Positions 39,795 through 52,628 of a stretch of DNA of 64,000 bases are shown here, piece after piece. Position numbers and translations under genes: made by a program. Position 1 is the stretch's first letter. Each line of letters opens with the position of its first letter. Below the pieces are notes generated by a model, which saw nothing but the letters and a program-made list of their open reading frames with translations, had not been told where the DNA came from and searched no databases. This DNA is from Carcharhinus amblyrhynchos (Eukaryota), in assembly GCA_965287045.1 (NCBI GenBank), contig OZ336897.1, positions 5,890,001 through 5,954,000 of the forward strand. The letters are read 5' to 3'.

Positions 39795-40488
39795 GGGGTG
39801 GTATGGTAGCACTGCTGCCTCACAGTGCCAGGGTTCAATTCCAGCCTCAGGTTACTGTCTGTGTAGAGTTTACACATTCTCCCCTGTGTCTGTTTTATCC
39901 GGGTACTCTGGTTTCCTCCCACAGTCCAAAGATGTGGCATCTTTGGGCTGTGGGAGGAAACTGGCACGGTTTGGGTGACATGGTAGCACAGTGGTTAGCA
40001 CTGCTGCTTCACAGCTCCAGGGACCTGGGTTCGATTCCCGGCCTGTCTGTGCAGAGTTTGCACGTTCTCCTCATGTCTGCGTGGGTTTCCTCTGGGTGCT
40101 CCGGTCTCCTCCCACAGTTCACAGATGTGCCAGTTAGGTTGATTGGCCATGCTTAAATTGCCCCTCACTGTACTGTGTGTAGGTTAGAGAGATTAGTGGG
40201 TAAAACATGTAGGGATATGGGTGTCGGGCCAGAGTGGGATTGTGGTCAGTGCAGACTCGATGGGCCCAATGGCCTCTCTCTGTACTGTAGGGCTTCTATG
40301 ATTCTATGAATTCCATGTGCAAATTAGGCTGATTGGCCATGCTAAATTGCCTATTAGTATCAGGCGGATTCAGGTGGTAAATATGTAGGGTTATGGGGAT
40401 AAGACTAGGATGGAACTGTGGTCAGTACAAACTCGATGGGCCGAATGGCCTCCTTCTGCATTGTAGCGATTCTATGATTCTATAATTC
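39795..40488 (+). mobile_element. HE1 SINE with a second full HE1 (~39972-40310) and a 24-bp foldback nested inside
   Basis: Outer HE1 breaks at AAAGATGTG and resumes at ATGTGC (~40315); two heads and two tails. Confidence 0.85.
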
Positions 40489-40567
40489 AGTTCTCAGGAA
40501 ACGAACTCCAATTTTCAAGCTCTGGAAACAATCTTTCGAATGTCCTCGGCGCTCTCTCCAGACCAAT

Positions 40568-40707
40568 TGGAATTTTACCGCCATGTCCGCCCCAAAACCG
40601 GGAGGGGGGGGGAGGGAGGAGGCGAGCACGGCTCACAATATGGAATTCTCCATTGGCCTCGGCGGATTTTCCGAGCCTCGCCCGAGTGAGGTCGTAAAAT
40701 GGTGGCT
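40568..40707. mobile_element. Putative MITE-like element
   Basis: GC/CpG-rich 140 bp bounded by inverted ATTTTAC/GTAAAAT, interrupting the CR1. Confidence 0.45.
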
Positions 40708-41481
40708 ATTATATCTTTCTTTTGATGTAATGACCAGAACTGTGGCCTAACCAGCGTTTTTCACAGTTCTATCAAAAAGTTCTATCAAAAAGGAAAGGAT
40801 TCCCTTATTTTCTTGACTACCTTGTTCACCTGTCCTACCAACTTCTAGGACCTGTGGACACAAACTCTGATATCACTAACTTCCTCAACCCCTTTCAATA
40901 TATTCCCATTTACTGAAATTTCCCCCGCTCCACCCCGCCCCCCCATGCATTACGGCACACTTTTCCAAACTAAATTCCATTTGACATTTGAATTGTTATT
41001 CTGTTTTTTTTTAAATTCTATGCATGACCTCATGCTTCCCTATCTTTGTAACTTCCTGCAGGTCTATAAGGCCGACAGAACTTTTCATTTCCTAATTTAG
41101 TCTTTAGCACACCCTTCTTACTCATCAACCTTTAGCTGTCTCGGGACTATGTACTGGAGTTCCTCCCTGAGCCCCTTTGAACCTCGCTTCATCTTCCTTA
41201 CGCCCCTCCATGAAACTCACCTTTTACACAAAGTTTTTGTTCGCTTCTCTTAAAATATAATTTGGGTGGATGTTTATTCGTGTCTAATTGCATCTCTGAA
41301 GCGGCTTCGGGTATTTTTCTTTTCGTGAAAAGTTCTTTATAAATACAACATGCTGTTTTCCGACTTGACATAAAATAATAACGTGTGCAAGATGAACTGC
41401 ATATTGTGGCCTCAACTGACGTTATTGCAAGTTCAGGTTTAATATGTTTCTGTAAAATAGACGCAATGCCAGGAAACTAAG

Positions 41482-42160
41482 TGTAGAAGAACATACACTT
41501 GAAGGCCATAGGAGTGCAATAAAGATTCGCCAGATTAATCCCTTACAAGACGGGATTCTTCTATCAGGAAAGATTGAGGAGACTGGGTTAATATTCTTTG
41601 GAGTCTAGAAGAAAGGGAGGTGATTTCATTGAAGGGTACAACATTGTTTCAGAGTTCGACAGGGTAGATGCAGGAAAGATATTTTCCTGGCTTTTGGGTG
41701 GGTGTGGTGGGGGGTGGTGTGAACGGGCGAGGGTGTAGAACCAGAGAACTGTCTGAAAACAAGAGATAGCCGTTTAGGACAGTGATTAGGAAGAATTTCT
41801 TCAATGAGAGAGCGGTTCACTATCCCTTTTGGAGGTTGTTCAAAGTAGAGGTCGATAGATTTCTAGAAACCAATAACAGCAACGGACGGTCTTCTTGTGA
41901 AAAGTTGAAATGCCAAATAATAAATAGTGCGCGGGGTGCGCGTCTACTACTGCCGTTATTACAAATTCCAGCGTAACGTGTTTCTGTAAATTAGAAGCAA
42001 TATCAAGAAACTAAGGAGCATAGTTTTAAGATGGTTGGTAGAAGGATGAGAACGGCGGTCAGTGCGGGAAAATGGCACTGAGGTAGAAGATCAGCCTAGT
42101 TGAATGGTAGAGCAGGCTCGAAGAGCAGAATGGTCTACTCCTGCTCCTATGTTCCTAACA
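41482..42160 (+). mobile_element. Two degenerate CR1 3' pieces (41482-41870, 42016-42160)
   Basis: Decayed CR1 ORF2 C-terminus (IRKNFF.ER, FKVEVDRFL) and tail CTACTCCTGCTCCTATGTTCCTA. Confidence 0.7.
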
Positions 42161-43030
42161 AAAGCATTTTCTGTGTATTACGAAATCTAACTCCCTGACG
42201 GGAAATGCAATATGAATGCTCTATGATTCCCGAAAATCATCAAGCCAAACTCCTAAATATTCCCCTGTACTGTTAATCCCTGGTTCCCTAACCTCTATAG
42301 AACAAGATTTGTTTCCATCCTTGTTCTAGTAGCAAACCAAAGTATTTGTTTAGCATTCGATCATCTCAATCAACTATCCTGTAGATAACAACATCCAACA
42401 ACATCCTTAAGCAAACTGAAACCCGGTCATCTTATAGAAGCAACATCGACAATTGTTCACATCAGTGAAGGTGTCCCTGATAATGTCTTTACATTACCCT
42501 GATAAGATTACATTACCTTACTCCCTTTCTTGCATGACCCTAGAACATTAGAAAAAGAATTCTTCGCCACGCCAGTTGACAGAAAGCCGTTTTCTTGAAA
42601 CATTTTAAAATAACGGCCCATTCCGAGATCAGCTTCCAAATGGAAGGGCACAGAAGGAAAGTTTTCGTTTGTTAGGTAGCGCAAAGAAAGTGCTAAGACA
42701 AGGAGTTCATCAACCTTGTCTTAGATTGGGAACTGCAGTGTGGAGGCAATCCAGATGGACTTCGGTGTGCTTAGCACTTATAAACTTGCACAGTAACTTC
42801 AGTCTCAATGTAAAGATGAATGATACTTTTCAAATGCATATTTGGTGCATTGAAATGATATTGTAAATGAAGCCTATTATAAAAATATCTTATATTGATT
42901 TCCTAATGCATTCCAGACCGATTTAAAAATGCACAACAGGTCTATCGGCATCTGAGACGTGGAGACATTAGGCTCATGTCTGAGATGCAGATTTTTCATC
43001 TGCAATCTATTCAGTTACGAGTAAGGTCTC

Positions 43031-43618
43031 CTACTGTGGCTGGAGTACTGTGTGCAGTTTTGGTCGCCGCACTTGCGCAAGGATATTTTGGCCTTGGAGG
43101 GAGTGCAGAGGAGGTTCACTAGGCTGATACCGGAGTTGAGGGGGTTGAGCTATGAGGAGAGGCTGAATAGGCTGGGCTTGTACTCGTTAGAGTTTAGAAG
43201 GATGAGGGGAGATCTCATTGAGACATATAAGATGATGAAAGGGATGGATAGGGTAGAGGTGGAGAGGTTCTTCCCGCTCAGGAAGGACAGCAGGACTAGA
43301 GGGCACAGCCTCAAGATAAGGGGGGGGGGGGGGGGGAGACAGTTTAGAACAGAGTTGAGGAGGAACTTCTTCACTCAAAGGGTGGTGAATCTCTGGAATT
43401 CTCTGCCCGTTGAAATGGTGAAGGCTACCTCGCTAAATATATTTAAGACGCGGGTAGGTAGGTTTTTGGTAGGCAAGGGGATTAAGGGTTATGGGGAGAA
43501 AGCGGGACAGTGGAACTGAGCCACTTCAGATCAGCCATGATCTTGTTGAATGGCGGGGCAGGCTCGAAGGGCTAGATGGCCTACTCCTGCTCCTATTTCT
43601 TATGTTCTTATGTTCTTA
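43031..43618 (+). mobile_element. Young 5'-truncated CR1/HER1 LINE with open ORF2 C-terminus and 9-bp TSD
   Basis: ORF 43052-43519 (QFWSPHLRKDILALEGVQRRFTRLIP...RNFFTQRVVNLWNSLP), (TATGTTCT)n tail, TAAGGTCTC at 43022-43030 and 43617-43625. Confidence 0.95.
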
Positions 43619-43919
43619 AGGTCTCATCTCCAAGATAACTCTCTCTATAAGAGGCTGACAGATTGGGTGTAAATGTACAATTTTCTGTTTCAACGTAGAA
43701 GATAGCTGTCGTGAATAAGTTGCTCGTTGTGGTGCTCCTTCCATATTGGACTTGCCCAGTGCGATCTCATTCCCTTTAATCTGTCCCTGTATCATTTAAT
43801 CATTTAATATGTTCTATATGATTAAGCCTGGCCTATATTTGTTATAAAACATCAGCGTGGTTCCCATTGTTGTGAAATAAGGACAACCATTTGCCCAGGC
43901 TGTGTAGTTACCTGTTCAG

Positions 43920-44130
43920 AATAGCGTGCATTTATGTGCATTGATTTTAATTAATCGATTTAGGAGCTATCTAATGGAATCAATAAGCGCCACGTGGCTG
44001 ATACCAGAAAGAAAGACTGAAGCCACCAATCTCCCGTTCAATCCTCAAAAGACAATCCCATTTAATGTAATTTCCCAACTATTGTCCGCAATTAAACAGC
44101 GATCGCTCCTGCACCATGACAATCCTATAT
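43920..44130. promoter_or_regulatory. Candidate conserved non-coding element/enhancer
   Basis: Dense TAAT/ATTA, TTAATTAATCGAT, AATCAATA and palindromic GCCACGTGGC in unique DNA. Confidence 0.3.
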
Positions 44131-46963
44131 TCAGATAAAATATGTCCTGATAATACGGTTTCATTTTCTAATAGACTTTTTAAAAAATCGCCAATGTGTC
44201 TGGTCAATGCAATGCCATTTTCCGACAACCTGTTGCACCTTAACGATGGAGTATGCAGTCACCTCATTGAACAGATGCCAATGGCTCTTTTGGAATGGAA
44301 TCATCTTGCATCGGATCTCTAACTGAACGTCGAGGTAACAGTTGTCCCATAAACAAACGTAACCAAAGTCACAACATTAGCAATGACCAGCATGTATAAA
44401 GAGATTGGACATCTCCGTTCACTCTCCAAGCCACCGTCACTTAATGTAAGTTTCAGAGATTCCAGCTTGGGAGCAAAAGTTTTCTACAAGTTAATTTTGA
44501 GCACTAAGCTTTTGTGATATAAATCCTAAAGAACCAAAACGAAAGAATCAGAAAAATAAGATGTAAATTATAATTGTAACTGGTCCAAGACTTGATGTTA
44601 ACTATTAAATTCACCCTTTTTCCGTCGTAGTTAGAAAGTGGTGAACAACTTGTTGGCACGTCTGAATCGGGGTTTAAAATCATTACACAGGGCATTTGGG
44701 GGAATTGGTAAGTCACTTAAAAGAGTCCCGAAACAAAACAAGAGACATTGATGATATTCCCCTAGCCTGGACAATCTGCCAGGTGGAGGTAAAGCGAGTT
44801 TACCAACGTCCTCAGAAAATAAATGTTAAACGTCCTTTTGAACAGCTCTTGATTATATTGAATTGTCGATAGATCACGGGAACATTGCCGTGAATATTGC
44901 ATCATTTACCGAAATCCGCTAAATCGCACGGTGCACCCGCTATCTAATATGGGCAAGCTTAATTACAACACGCCAATATATCAGAATCCGTTCAAATTTA
45001 TCATAGCGGCGTGTCTGGCGATGCCAGTGGTTTGATGCTTTACGCCATCGTGGAACTCACAGGATGAGTGAACGGTCAGAAAGGATTGGTAGAGTGACAC
45101 TTTAACCTATCTTCAAATGGCAAGACAGAAGATGAAAGCAGCGATTTTGGCAGAAATGCCTGCTCCATAAACCAACAAAATCAAGCAGGAAGAAGAGATG
45201 GTCATTCGATAACATAAAATTGAAAAAAAACTTTATAAAAATCAATGTTATAAAGTGTTTTGGGTGAATAACGCAACTTTGCTCAATGGCCTGAAGCTTC
45301 GTGTAAGAATATTTGTGAACTATCAAGACAAACGTTAAGATATTATAATATACTATAAATATGCGATAGAATTGCTAAATTATGCTGACCAAAATAAGCC
45401 TCGTGTCTAACTTCGCGCTTTCGACTATCCACTTATAAGAATCAACTCCTTTGAAGTCCCTGTGGGGATTCTTCCCCGCGTTTTTGTTAATCAAACGATG
45501 CTCTTCTAATCATAATTCGACTTTACTGTATAGACTCAGAACTCCTAAATCCAAGTTTTACACTTAACTATTGTAACAAGTGCAGTAGCCGCATCCGGTC
45601 GCGAGGGTATAAAAATTGTAAGCTCTGCCCATTTAATTCAGGAGTTGGGTCAAACATTAGGATTTTGGCCACCATCAAGTTCTTGCTTCGCGAGAACAAC
45701 CCAGTGGCTAAGCGCGGCTTGTAACAAGAGTAGCTTGTAGTTTGCCACGTGATTGCAGTTTATGACATACCCAGCAATCACCGCCCTCACCACCCTGTAA
45801 CCTGTCACCTCTTTGACATGTAATTATTCCCTGTGTGCTGTCACAATAAAATTTATATCATTGTTAGTGTTAAACTGTAACACTCATTATAATACACGGA
45901 ATGTTTGGGTAATATCGCCCATTTAAACTAAGTGTAAATTACAGACACCCATAGCAAGAGATGGCATATTAATACCTGAACATTGTGTGGAGTTTTGACT
46001 GAGCGTTAAAAGGGATCATTTTTTGAGCGTATGATTTTCCCACAACAACAAAGAAACCCGCAGATTATCAAGGATGGAGTTATTTTTAAAAAAATACAAA
46101 CTTAGACTGCAAATCACCTTTTCGGAAAAATTCCGAAATTAACGAATTTTCTGGGACATGACAGATATTTTTAACACTCTCAGTAACATGGACCAGACCC
46201 CTCTTTAATGCTAACGATGCTTCGATCTGTCCTGTCTGTTACTAATTGTGGCTTCGGATAACCTCGATATTGTGACATCTTTTTAACTTGTTTTATCTTT
46301 TTAATTCTTAACTAATAAATAATATACAGCGAACACTGGGATTGAAGTCACACAGTAGAGATCTTTAACCTTTGTTGAACACCGTTTATGAAAGTGTCAA
46401 TAAATGTGCAAGTAATATACAATACATGTCAAAATTCTAATTTTATTACCATTTTTACTTAAAATGGATGTTAAAGTTAAGAGTAAGTTCTTTCTAAATC
46501 TCGAGTGGGATAAAGTTGAGTGTCATTTCAATTTCGGTAAATAACACTCATCGGGTGTGTATGTGTAGGGTCGGGGGATGTTCTTCAATGGGTTCCGTTC
46601 TACATGTACACCGCTAAATATCAGCAGAGCTTCACAGTAGCAGAAACCGAAGGCTGCAAAAGGATAAATCAAAATCCAAGCTTCATAATCGGTTACAATG
46701 CAATAGATTCAAAGAATTAAGAAATCGATGTGATTGTAAAACTAGAATAGGTTCGCAATATCAAGACTATAAGCATGGCTATAAAACCAGGTTAGATAAA
46801 ATTCCAAAGAGCTGAGTAGTTTTGCATAGCTGTAGACCAGATATATTGACTGAAGTGATTGATGCCTACATGTATACAAGTGAAGAATGTACAGAAATAT
46901 GAGAACATTAAGGGATTTCCAAGTAAATAAATATTTAATTTACAGATAAAATATAAACGTCAA

Positions 46964-47062
46964 TGGACCAGACAGCATTTGTAGAGAGAGTAACTCTCCA
47001 CAGATGCTGCCTGACTTGCTGAGTATTTTCAGATTTCCAGAATCCGTGGTATTGTGCTTTTT
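46964..47062 (+). mobile_element. Penelope-like family B remnant with short inverted arm
   Basis: CAGACAGCATTTGTAGAGAG is approximately inverted to CTCTCCACAGATGCTGCCTG, followed by CAGATTTCCAG end. Confidence 0.55.
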
Positions 47063-48499
47063 TTAAAAAAAAGTCAAGCTTGAACAGAATATATTTAACG
47101 AATCTTTTGGTACCACAGTGTAGTGAAACGTTGGATCTGAAAACCCCATGTTCTATTGTTCTTCGTGTTCCTCGCTGCAGTATTCTCTATTCTTCTCAGC
47201 AACTCTGCACAGGGGGAGCCAGAAAGGAGCATCTGGCTATAACTGAAAATGTATTGGAATTAATAAGTCAAACTACACAAAATTATAATTCATGCTGACT
47301 CTTTCTTGAACTCAGCGAATGAAGGATGGGAAGATAACACTTTAAGATAGAACACTTTTCCCTTAGTCGCTTGTAATAAGATGGTCAGACATAGAATGTG
47401 AAACATTTCGAGTTTCAAACGATGAAATATTGTCTCCAAAACAGAAGATATATAATGATGAACTAATAGTCAATTCGAGATCAGCCGCAATATAGAAATA
47501 CTGGTCAATATCTTAATTTCTGTGGAACATGAACTCTATTGGGCTAGGGAGCCCGTCTCCTCTTGAAAGAAGTTTCAATTTATTTGCCTCAAGACGTTAC
47601 ATTTACACACTACTCAATCGACTTTCCGACTCAGTTCAGCACCAAAACAAGCAACGACTTTCATTTATATATCTCCTTGAATGCAGTAAATAAAAAGTTC
47701 CACTTTAAGGTTTTCAAAACATCTTTTCAGTATTTCATAGCGAACCTAAAATTCTTTCAAAACAGCTTCCGTTGTTTCAGTCTTGCAACTCCAGTACCAA
47801 TTCCGCCATTACTCTGTGATATTCATTACAAAATTATTTGCAGTCACGACTAATATTTTCATTTGGTGGGTTGACATGTTTTGAGGCGGGGCGGGGGTGG
47901 AATAAACTCTCATGTAGTTAACAGTCTTTTAAATTTAAAATTTGCATCTTGTAAAATTACACTTAGCACATCATGTACAAATTTCAAGTATCACTTCAAA
48001 TGATACAAGTTCAGAAGTCAACTTTTTTATACAATGCACAGCGGATGACTTACTCCACTGTTTCCGTTGATTACATAGACAAATGTCCATCAAATACTTA
48101 TTCTCAGGTGCCCAATTTTAAAGAAACAGATATGTGGCAATTGCTAATAGTGGGGTTTCAGGCTATATCTGAGCAAATAAACATGAACTAGTTATTCATT
48201 TTCACTGCATTGTCTTAAAATATAGAATGCATAAATTCGCATAAATTGTTTGGCATAATAGATTGTGTCCTATCCCAAATTTACTCGCTTATCGTGAATT
48301 CACGTTGAAATGCTATTAATAATCTTTTTTACAGTATGAATGTGGAAGCGATTTCGTTTATAATTGCAGTTCCTTGAATTTTCAGAATGGGATATTTAAG
48401 TTGGTGTAAATACTAAGATCTCATTAAAGAAAAAAGTTTTTAGTCGGTATTTTTAACTATCTGTAACTAAAGTCTCGGAGGTTGCTCTCCACCTTTTTG

Positions 48500-48670
48500 A
48501 GAGAGAGAGAGGAAGAGAGCGAGATGACTGGTGTTGGTCACCACACCTCAGGCGAGGGGCAAGGTTGAGAAGGCGGGGCTTTCACAAATAATTTCAACCG
48601 GTATGGGTATTGAACACGCGACTCGGCATCACGAACCAGCTGAGCAGCCAACTGAGATAACTGATCCCCC
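48500..48670 (-). mobile_element. tRNA-derived SINE (family not assigned)
   Basis: Minus strand has A-box-like TATCTCAGTTGG, B-box-like GTGTTCAATACC, body CCTTCTCAACCTTGCCCCTCGCCTGAGG and TC-rich tail. Confidence 0.6.
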
Positions 48671-50394
48671 GCTGCATGCAATAGGCTGCACTGGGGATGT
48701 TTGTGTATATGTATGGTGTGTATAGGGATGTAATGCTTGCAATGAGTGCAATAGTCTGCATTGGGTTGGTAATGGCTTTCATTGACCAGGGATTTACTGG
48801 ACTGTAAGGGGTACACCTGCATATCTCATGCCTTGGACACTCTATTTCAATAAGAATACATATCAGTGATACTTTAACAGCAGTCGGCACAAACTAAATG
48901 GCTATTTCACCCATTGAGTTGCGACAGGGTGTGCTGAGAAAGTGCTACAATGTTAATCTGGTGTGAAAACTGCGACTTTAATAGGATTAAATCCCATTTG
49001 TTATAAATCGATATAACATGATATGACCCTTGTACGTGACTGTACCCGTTGTGATTATACTCACGATTGCAACTGTCAAGCTCTCCAATAACCTCCCATG
49101 GCCAACATATTATTCTTCAGATATAGATTAACACGATCCATGACGAAAAGCGAATCAATCATAATGTAGTTAAAATTGTATATAGCAGATTCATATGTAG
49201 AAAACAAATCTGGGGTATATATCCCTTTCAGTGAAAGTTAATTTAAAATGCTACACTGCTCAATATAAACTCACAGGGTAACAAACATGATTATAGCGTA
49301 CCATCCCACTAGCAAAGTGGCAATTTAAAGTGTCCGTTTGTTACAATCAAGATGGAGGAAAAATATGCTCCCTCAGTTGTCCCTAACTGGTGAAACATTC
49401 TATTACCAGGCGTTTGTTTCCGGTCCTACACTAATTATATAATAACTGGTGAAATAACTAAACGCGGGAACAAAAGGCCATCTGGCCAATTGAGCTTTTC
49501 TTGAGGAGAGGAAAAAGAACCTGCCACTTTATTTATATATATGTGTGTGTGTGTTTTAATGCTTACTTCAAAAGTAGAAAATAAAACTATCCATTTAGGA
49601 ATAGAATTTAAGATTTTTTTTGGAGCAATAATGTGGAAATCAGGCTGGTTCGCAAGGTTGGTAATAAGGCTCCTCCCCTCCAACTTGGAGTACTTGAAGT
49701 ACAGAATGGTCCATTTTAATGCATCGGAACATCTCAATATTGAAATATCCATTCTAACATACAACGAATCTCCTTGCCCTTTCCTTCCCATCTACAATTG
49801 ATCGGGAATGTCTAGGGTTGTTTTGTCTTTTCCCAATGTTTTTGTCAAATCTCTAAACTGGGGTCGATTGATGTTACTGATACACACACATAGCGGGACA
49901 AGATGACCAGAGTGGTCTGGCCAATCAATAATGGCATGGCCACAAACTGAGAAACATGCTAAGTGCACAGGGTCACAAAAGGCAAAGAGGGTGCAGAGTT
50001 AAGCTCCCGCTTCTGGTCTTATGGTAGCTGCCTTGGGACGAAGGGCACTACACAGGAGCATTCGGTGCGAGAAGTCATCCCTGTAACGATTTTTTAAGGC
50101 TTTGCCCGTATCTGTCTTAGTTAAATAGGCACAGTCAAAACCTCCAAATAGCTGCCACGTTGGAATGACATTAGATCAGCCTTTCTAAAGACATTAGATC
50201 AGCATCTAAAAAGGGCGTGATTGATTTTCAATTAATAAGTTAAAGTTAAGTTTTCTCTCTCATTATCGCCGGACTCATTGTCTTTCAAACGGTAAATTTG
50301 AAATATTATGAACAGTCATAACTTTGGTCCCAAAAAATGTATGTTTTTAAGGAGTTCCTCGCAGCCACCGTTCTTTTCTAAATTCACCATGATC

Positions 50395-50505
50395 TGTGTC
50401 ATTTCCTGAATTAAGACTACACTTCCACAATACTTCATTGGCTGAAAAACGCGCGTTGAGGCCTATGTCTTTTTGAAAGCCCCGATATGAATGCAAGTTC
50501 TCTCT
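50395..50505 (+). mobile_element. SacSINE1/Deu-SINE-like tail
   Basis: GACTACACTTC...TACTTCATTGGCTG...AATGCAAGT. Confidence 0.55.
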
Positions 50506-51309
50506 AATACATCCCATCAATATCGCTGTGTGACAAGGCTTATCGCCTGTGCTAAGTTTTTTCTAACCGAATAGGAATGATGTCAAAATCACAGCGCAGA
50601 GGAGTTAAATCTGCACGCCCACCTTGTGAGGATTTATTTTAATCTCCCGCAACACACTGGGTTACTTGCACCAAGTCCAGACTCCCTTATTTGTCCAGTG
50701 GTGTAATGAAATATTTAAAACTATCAGGAATACCTCCACCTCTTGACCTCAGTAAGGAATTGATTGGTCTGCCCGCCGCATTTACGTAACCGGAACATTG
50801 ATTGATCCCCGGGCATATCATTGCAAGCCTGGTGATTGTGAGGTGGTAATAATATACAGGAAGTGTGTGCACAACTGCAGTGTTTTTAAATTTGTAAATG
50901 AACATCTAAGAGTATAATCGATTCTCCCCTTCCACCACAGAACGCACACACATACACACTGTAAGTACAGTCTCGCCGTCTCCGTCTGTTTCTACCTACT
51001 GTGTATGGAACATTTTATATGTTGTTGTATCCTTCCCGCACATCTCTCATAATCTAAATATTCAGAGGGCTGTTACAGAATTTAAGTATCTCTTGTATAG
51101 CTTGAGATAGGACATTAAGTTCAGGGGAAAAAATCGCCCAATTGCAGGGGGTTGGACTAAATCTAGTGGCGCCGGGTGAGTGGCGTCCCGACCTCTGAAC
51201 CAAAAGCTTAAGGTGCAAAGTCTCAGTTCAGGATACGAAAGCCACAGGAGGTGTGTTCGTACTTGGTCAAACAATGGGGGTAAGAGAAGGAGGTTTCCTG
51301 ATTAGCAAT

Positions 51310-51590
51310 ATGTGGCACAGTGGTTAGCACTGTAGCCTCACAGTGCCAAGGACCCGGGTTCGATTCCAGGCTTGAATCATTGCCTATGTGAATTTTGTAC
51401 GTTCTCCTCGTGTCAGCGTGGGTTTCCTCCGGTTTCCTCCTACAGTCTGAAAGACTGGTTAGGTGCATTGACGGTGCCAGATTTTTCCACCGTGTACGGG
51501 AATAGGCGTGGAGTGTGGCAACTGGGGGATTTGCACAGTAACATCATTGCAGAGTTCACGAAAGCCTACTTGTGACTAATAAATAAACTT
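51310..51590 (+). mobile_element. HE1-type SINE with alternative tail
   Basis: GTGGCACAGTGGTTAGCACTG head; GGAGTGTGGCAACTGGGGGATTTGCACAGTAAC...CTAATAAATAAACTT. Confidence 0.85.
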
Positions 51591-52611
51591 GAGAAGGCAG
51601 GCGCAAGCCATTACAGCTATTTGCCAAGCATCATCCAATCCAATGGAAGTCCATGGTCTTAAACGCCAGCACGGAGAACTCTACCCTTTGCCACTCACCC
51701 GACTCAGCAACATGGCTGATGTGGGGACATTTTCAAATTATTGATTGGATTCTGAATGAAGTTTCTATCTTGCTTGGTGTGGCCTATTTGTTGATGTTGG
51801 AGGAAGAGAGGCTGCTAATGGTGGATGAAATTCTGAAGCTCTCCCTCCCCGCCAATACTGCAAAAAAGGCTGATTGTCTGGGTGTAGACAACTTCTACTT
51901 GCGACCAGTTCTGACTTGGCCCTGGGAGAATATTACCCGGCCTACATTGACTGTTAAGATCGGTTCAGTTAAGACTTGATTGTAGGTGAAAGTAGAGGCT
52001 GGAGCACGTGATCTCATTTGATTAGTTCTGATTCATTTATTCAATGAAGATTTTCCGCTTGTCATCGGCCAATGAATAGGGGTCTTTGTATTCCAGACTC
52101 GGGCATGGTCCCACGACTCCACGCGTAGCGCTGGACGTGTATCAATACCTCAGCAATAGACAGTTCCCCCTGTTCAAAATCTATTAGTACTTAATCCACA
52201 TGAGATGAGGGGTATGGATTATTTATACAATAGCCATGATTACTAATCACAGAATAAAATCAACTGAGTCCTCGGTTCCCGTTTAAATTCACGTCTGCTT
52301 GGGCCTTGTTAGTGCTTGGCATTTTATCACGAGTGACTGAGTCCTTGGGAATGTTTTAATCATTATATAGAACCTCAGCTCGCCCCTTCTCTCTGTACAT
52401 GAAAAGGAAGTTGTAGTCTCATATCAGGCCTTTACATTCAACAACTGAAGATCTCTAATGATGGATGAGAGCAGTGAATGCCATGAAACAAACCATAGAA
52501 TGGCTTAAAATAAAGCGAACAGAGGCTTAAGCTATATTAAATTACCCTGATTAGGAATCCTGGGTCTAGTCAAAGGCTGTCGGAGAGGCTGGGAGTCTGA
52601 GAGTAGTGCTG

Positions 52612-52628
52612 TTCAGCACCGGGGAGAG
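52612..52628 (+). promoter_or_regulatory. RE1/NRSE (REST-binding) motif
   Basis: TTCAGCACCGGGGAGAG fits NTYAGMRCCNNRGMSAG at all 17 positions. Confidence 0.55.

Larger units (their letters stand above)
39401..40985 (-). mobile_element. CR1 3' fragment interrupted by HE1s and a MITE-like element
   Basis: Tail AGGCCATTCAGCCCAT at 39423; body continues to ~39775 and resumes at ~40490. Confidence 0.7.
38720..41356 (+). mobile_element. Degenerate L2-like LINE split by nested CR1, HE1 and MITE-like insertions
   Basis: L2-like sequence ends at ...ADLHWL (~39400) and resumes ~40990 through the L2-type tail. Confidence 0.55.

Noticed and set aside
43052-43519. 155-aa ORF as a host gene
   Set aside because: It is the C-terminus of CR1 ORF2 within a TSD-flanked truncated insertion
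50168-50206. Short direct duplication GACATTAGATCAGC (and similar ones at ~38433 and ~40765)
   Set aside because: Ordinary slippage duplications with no further structure
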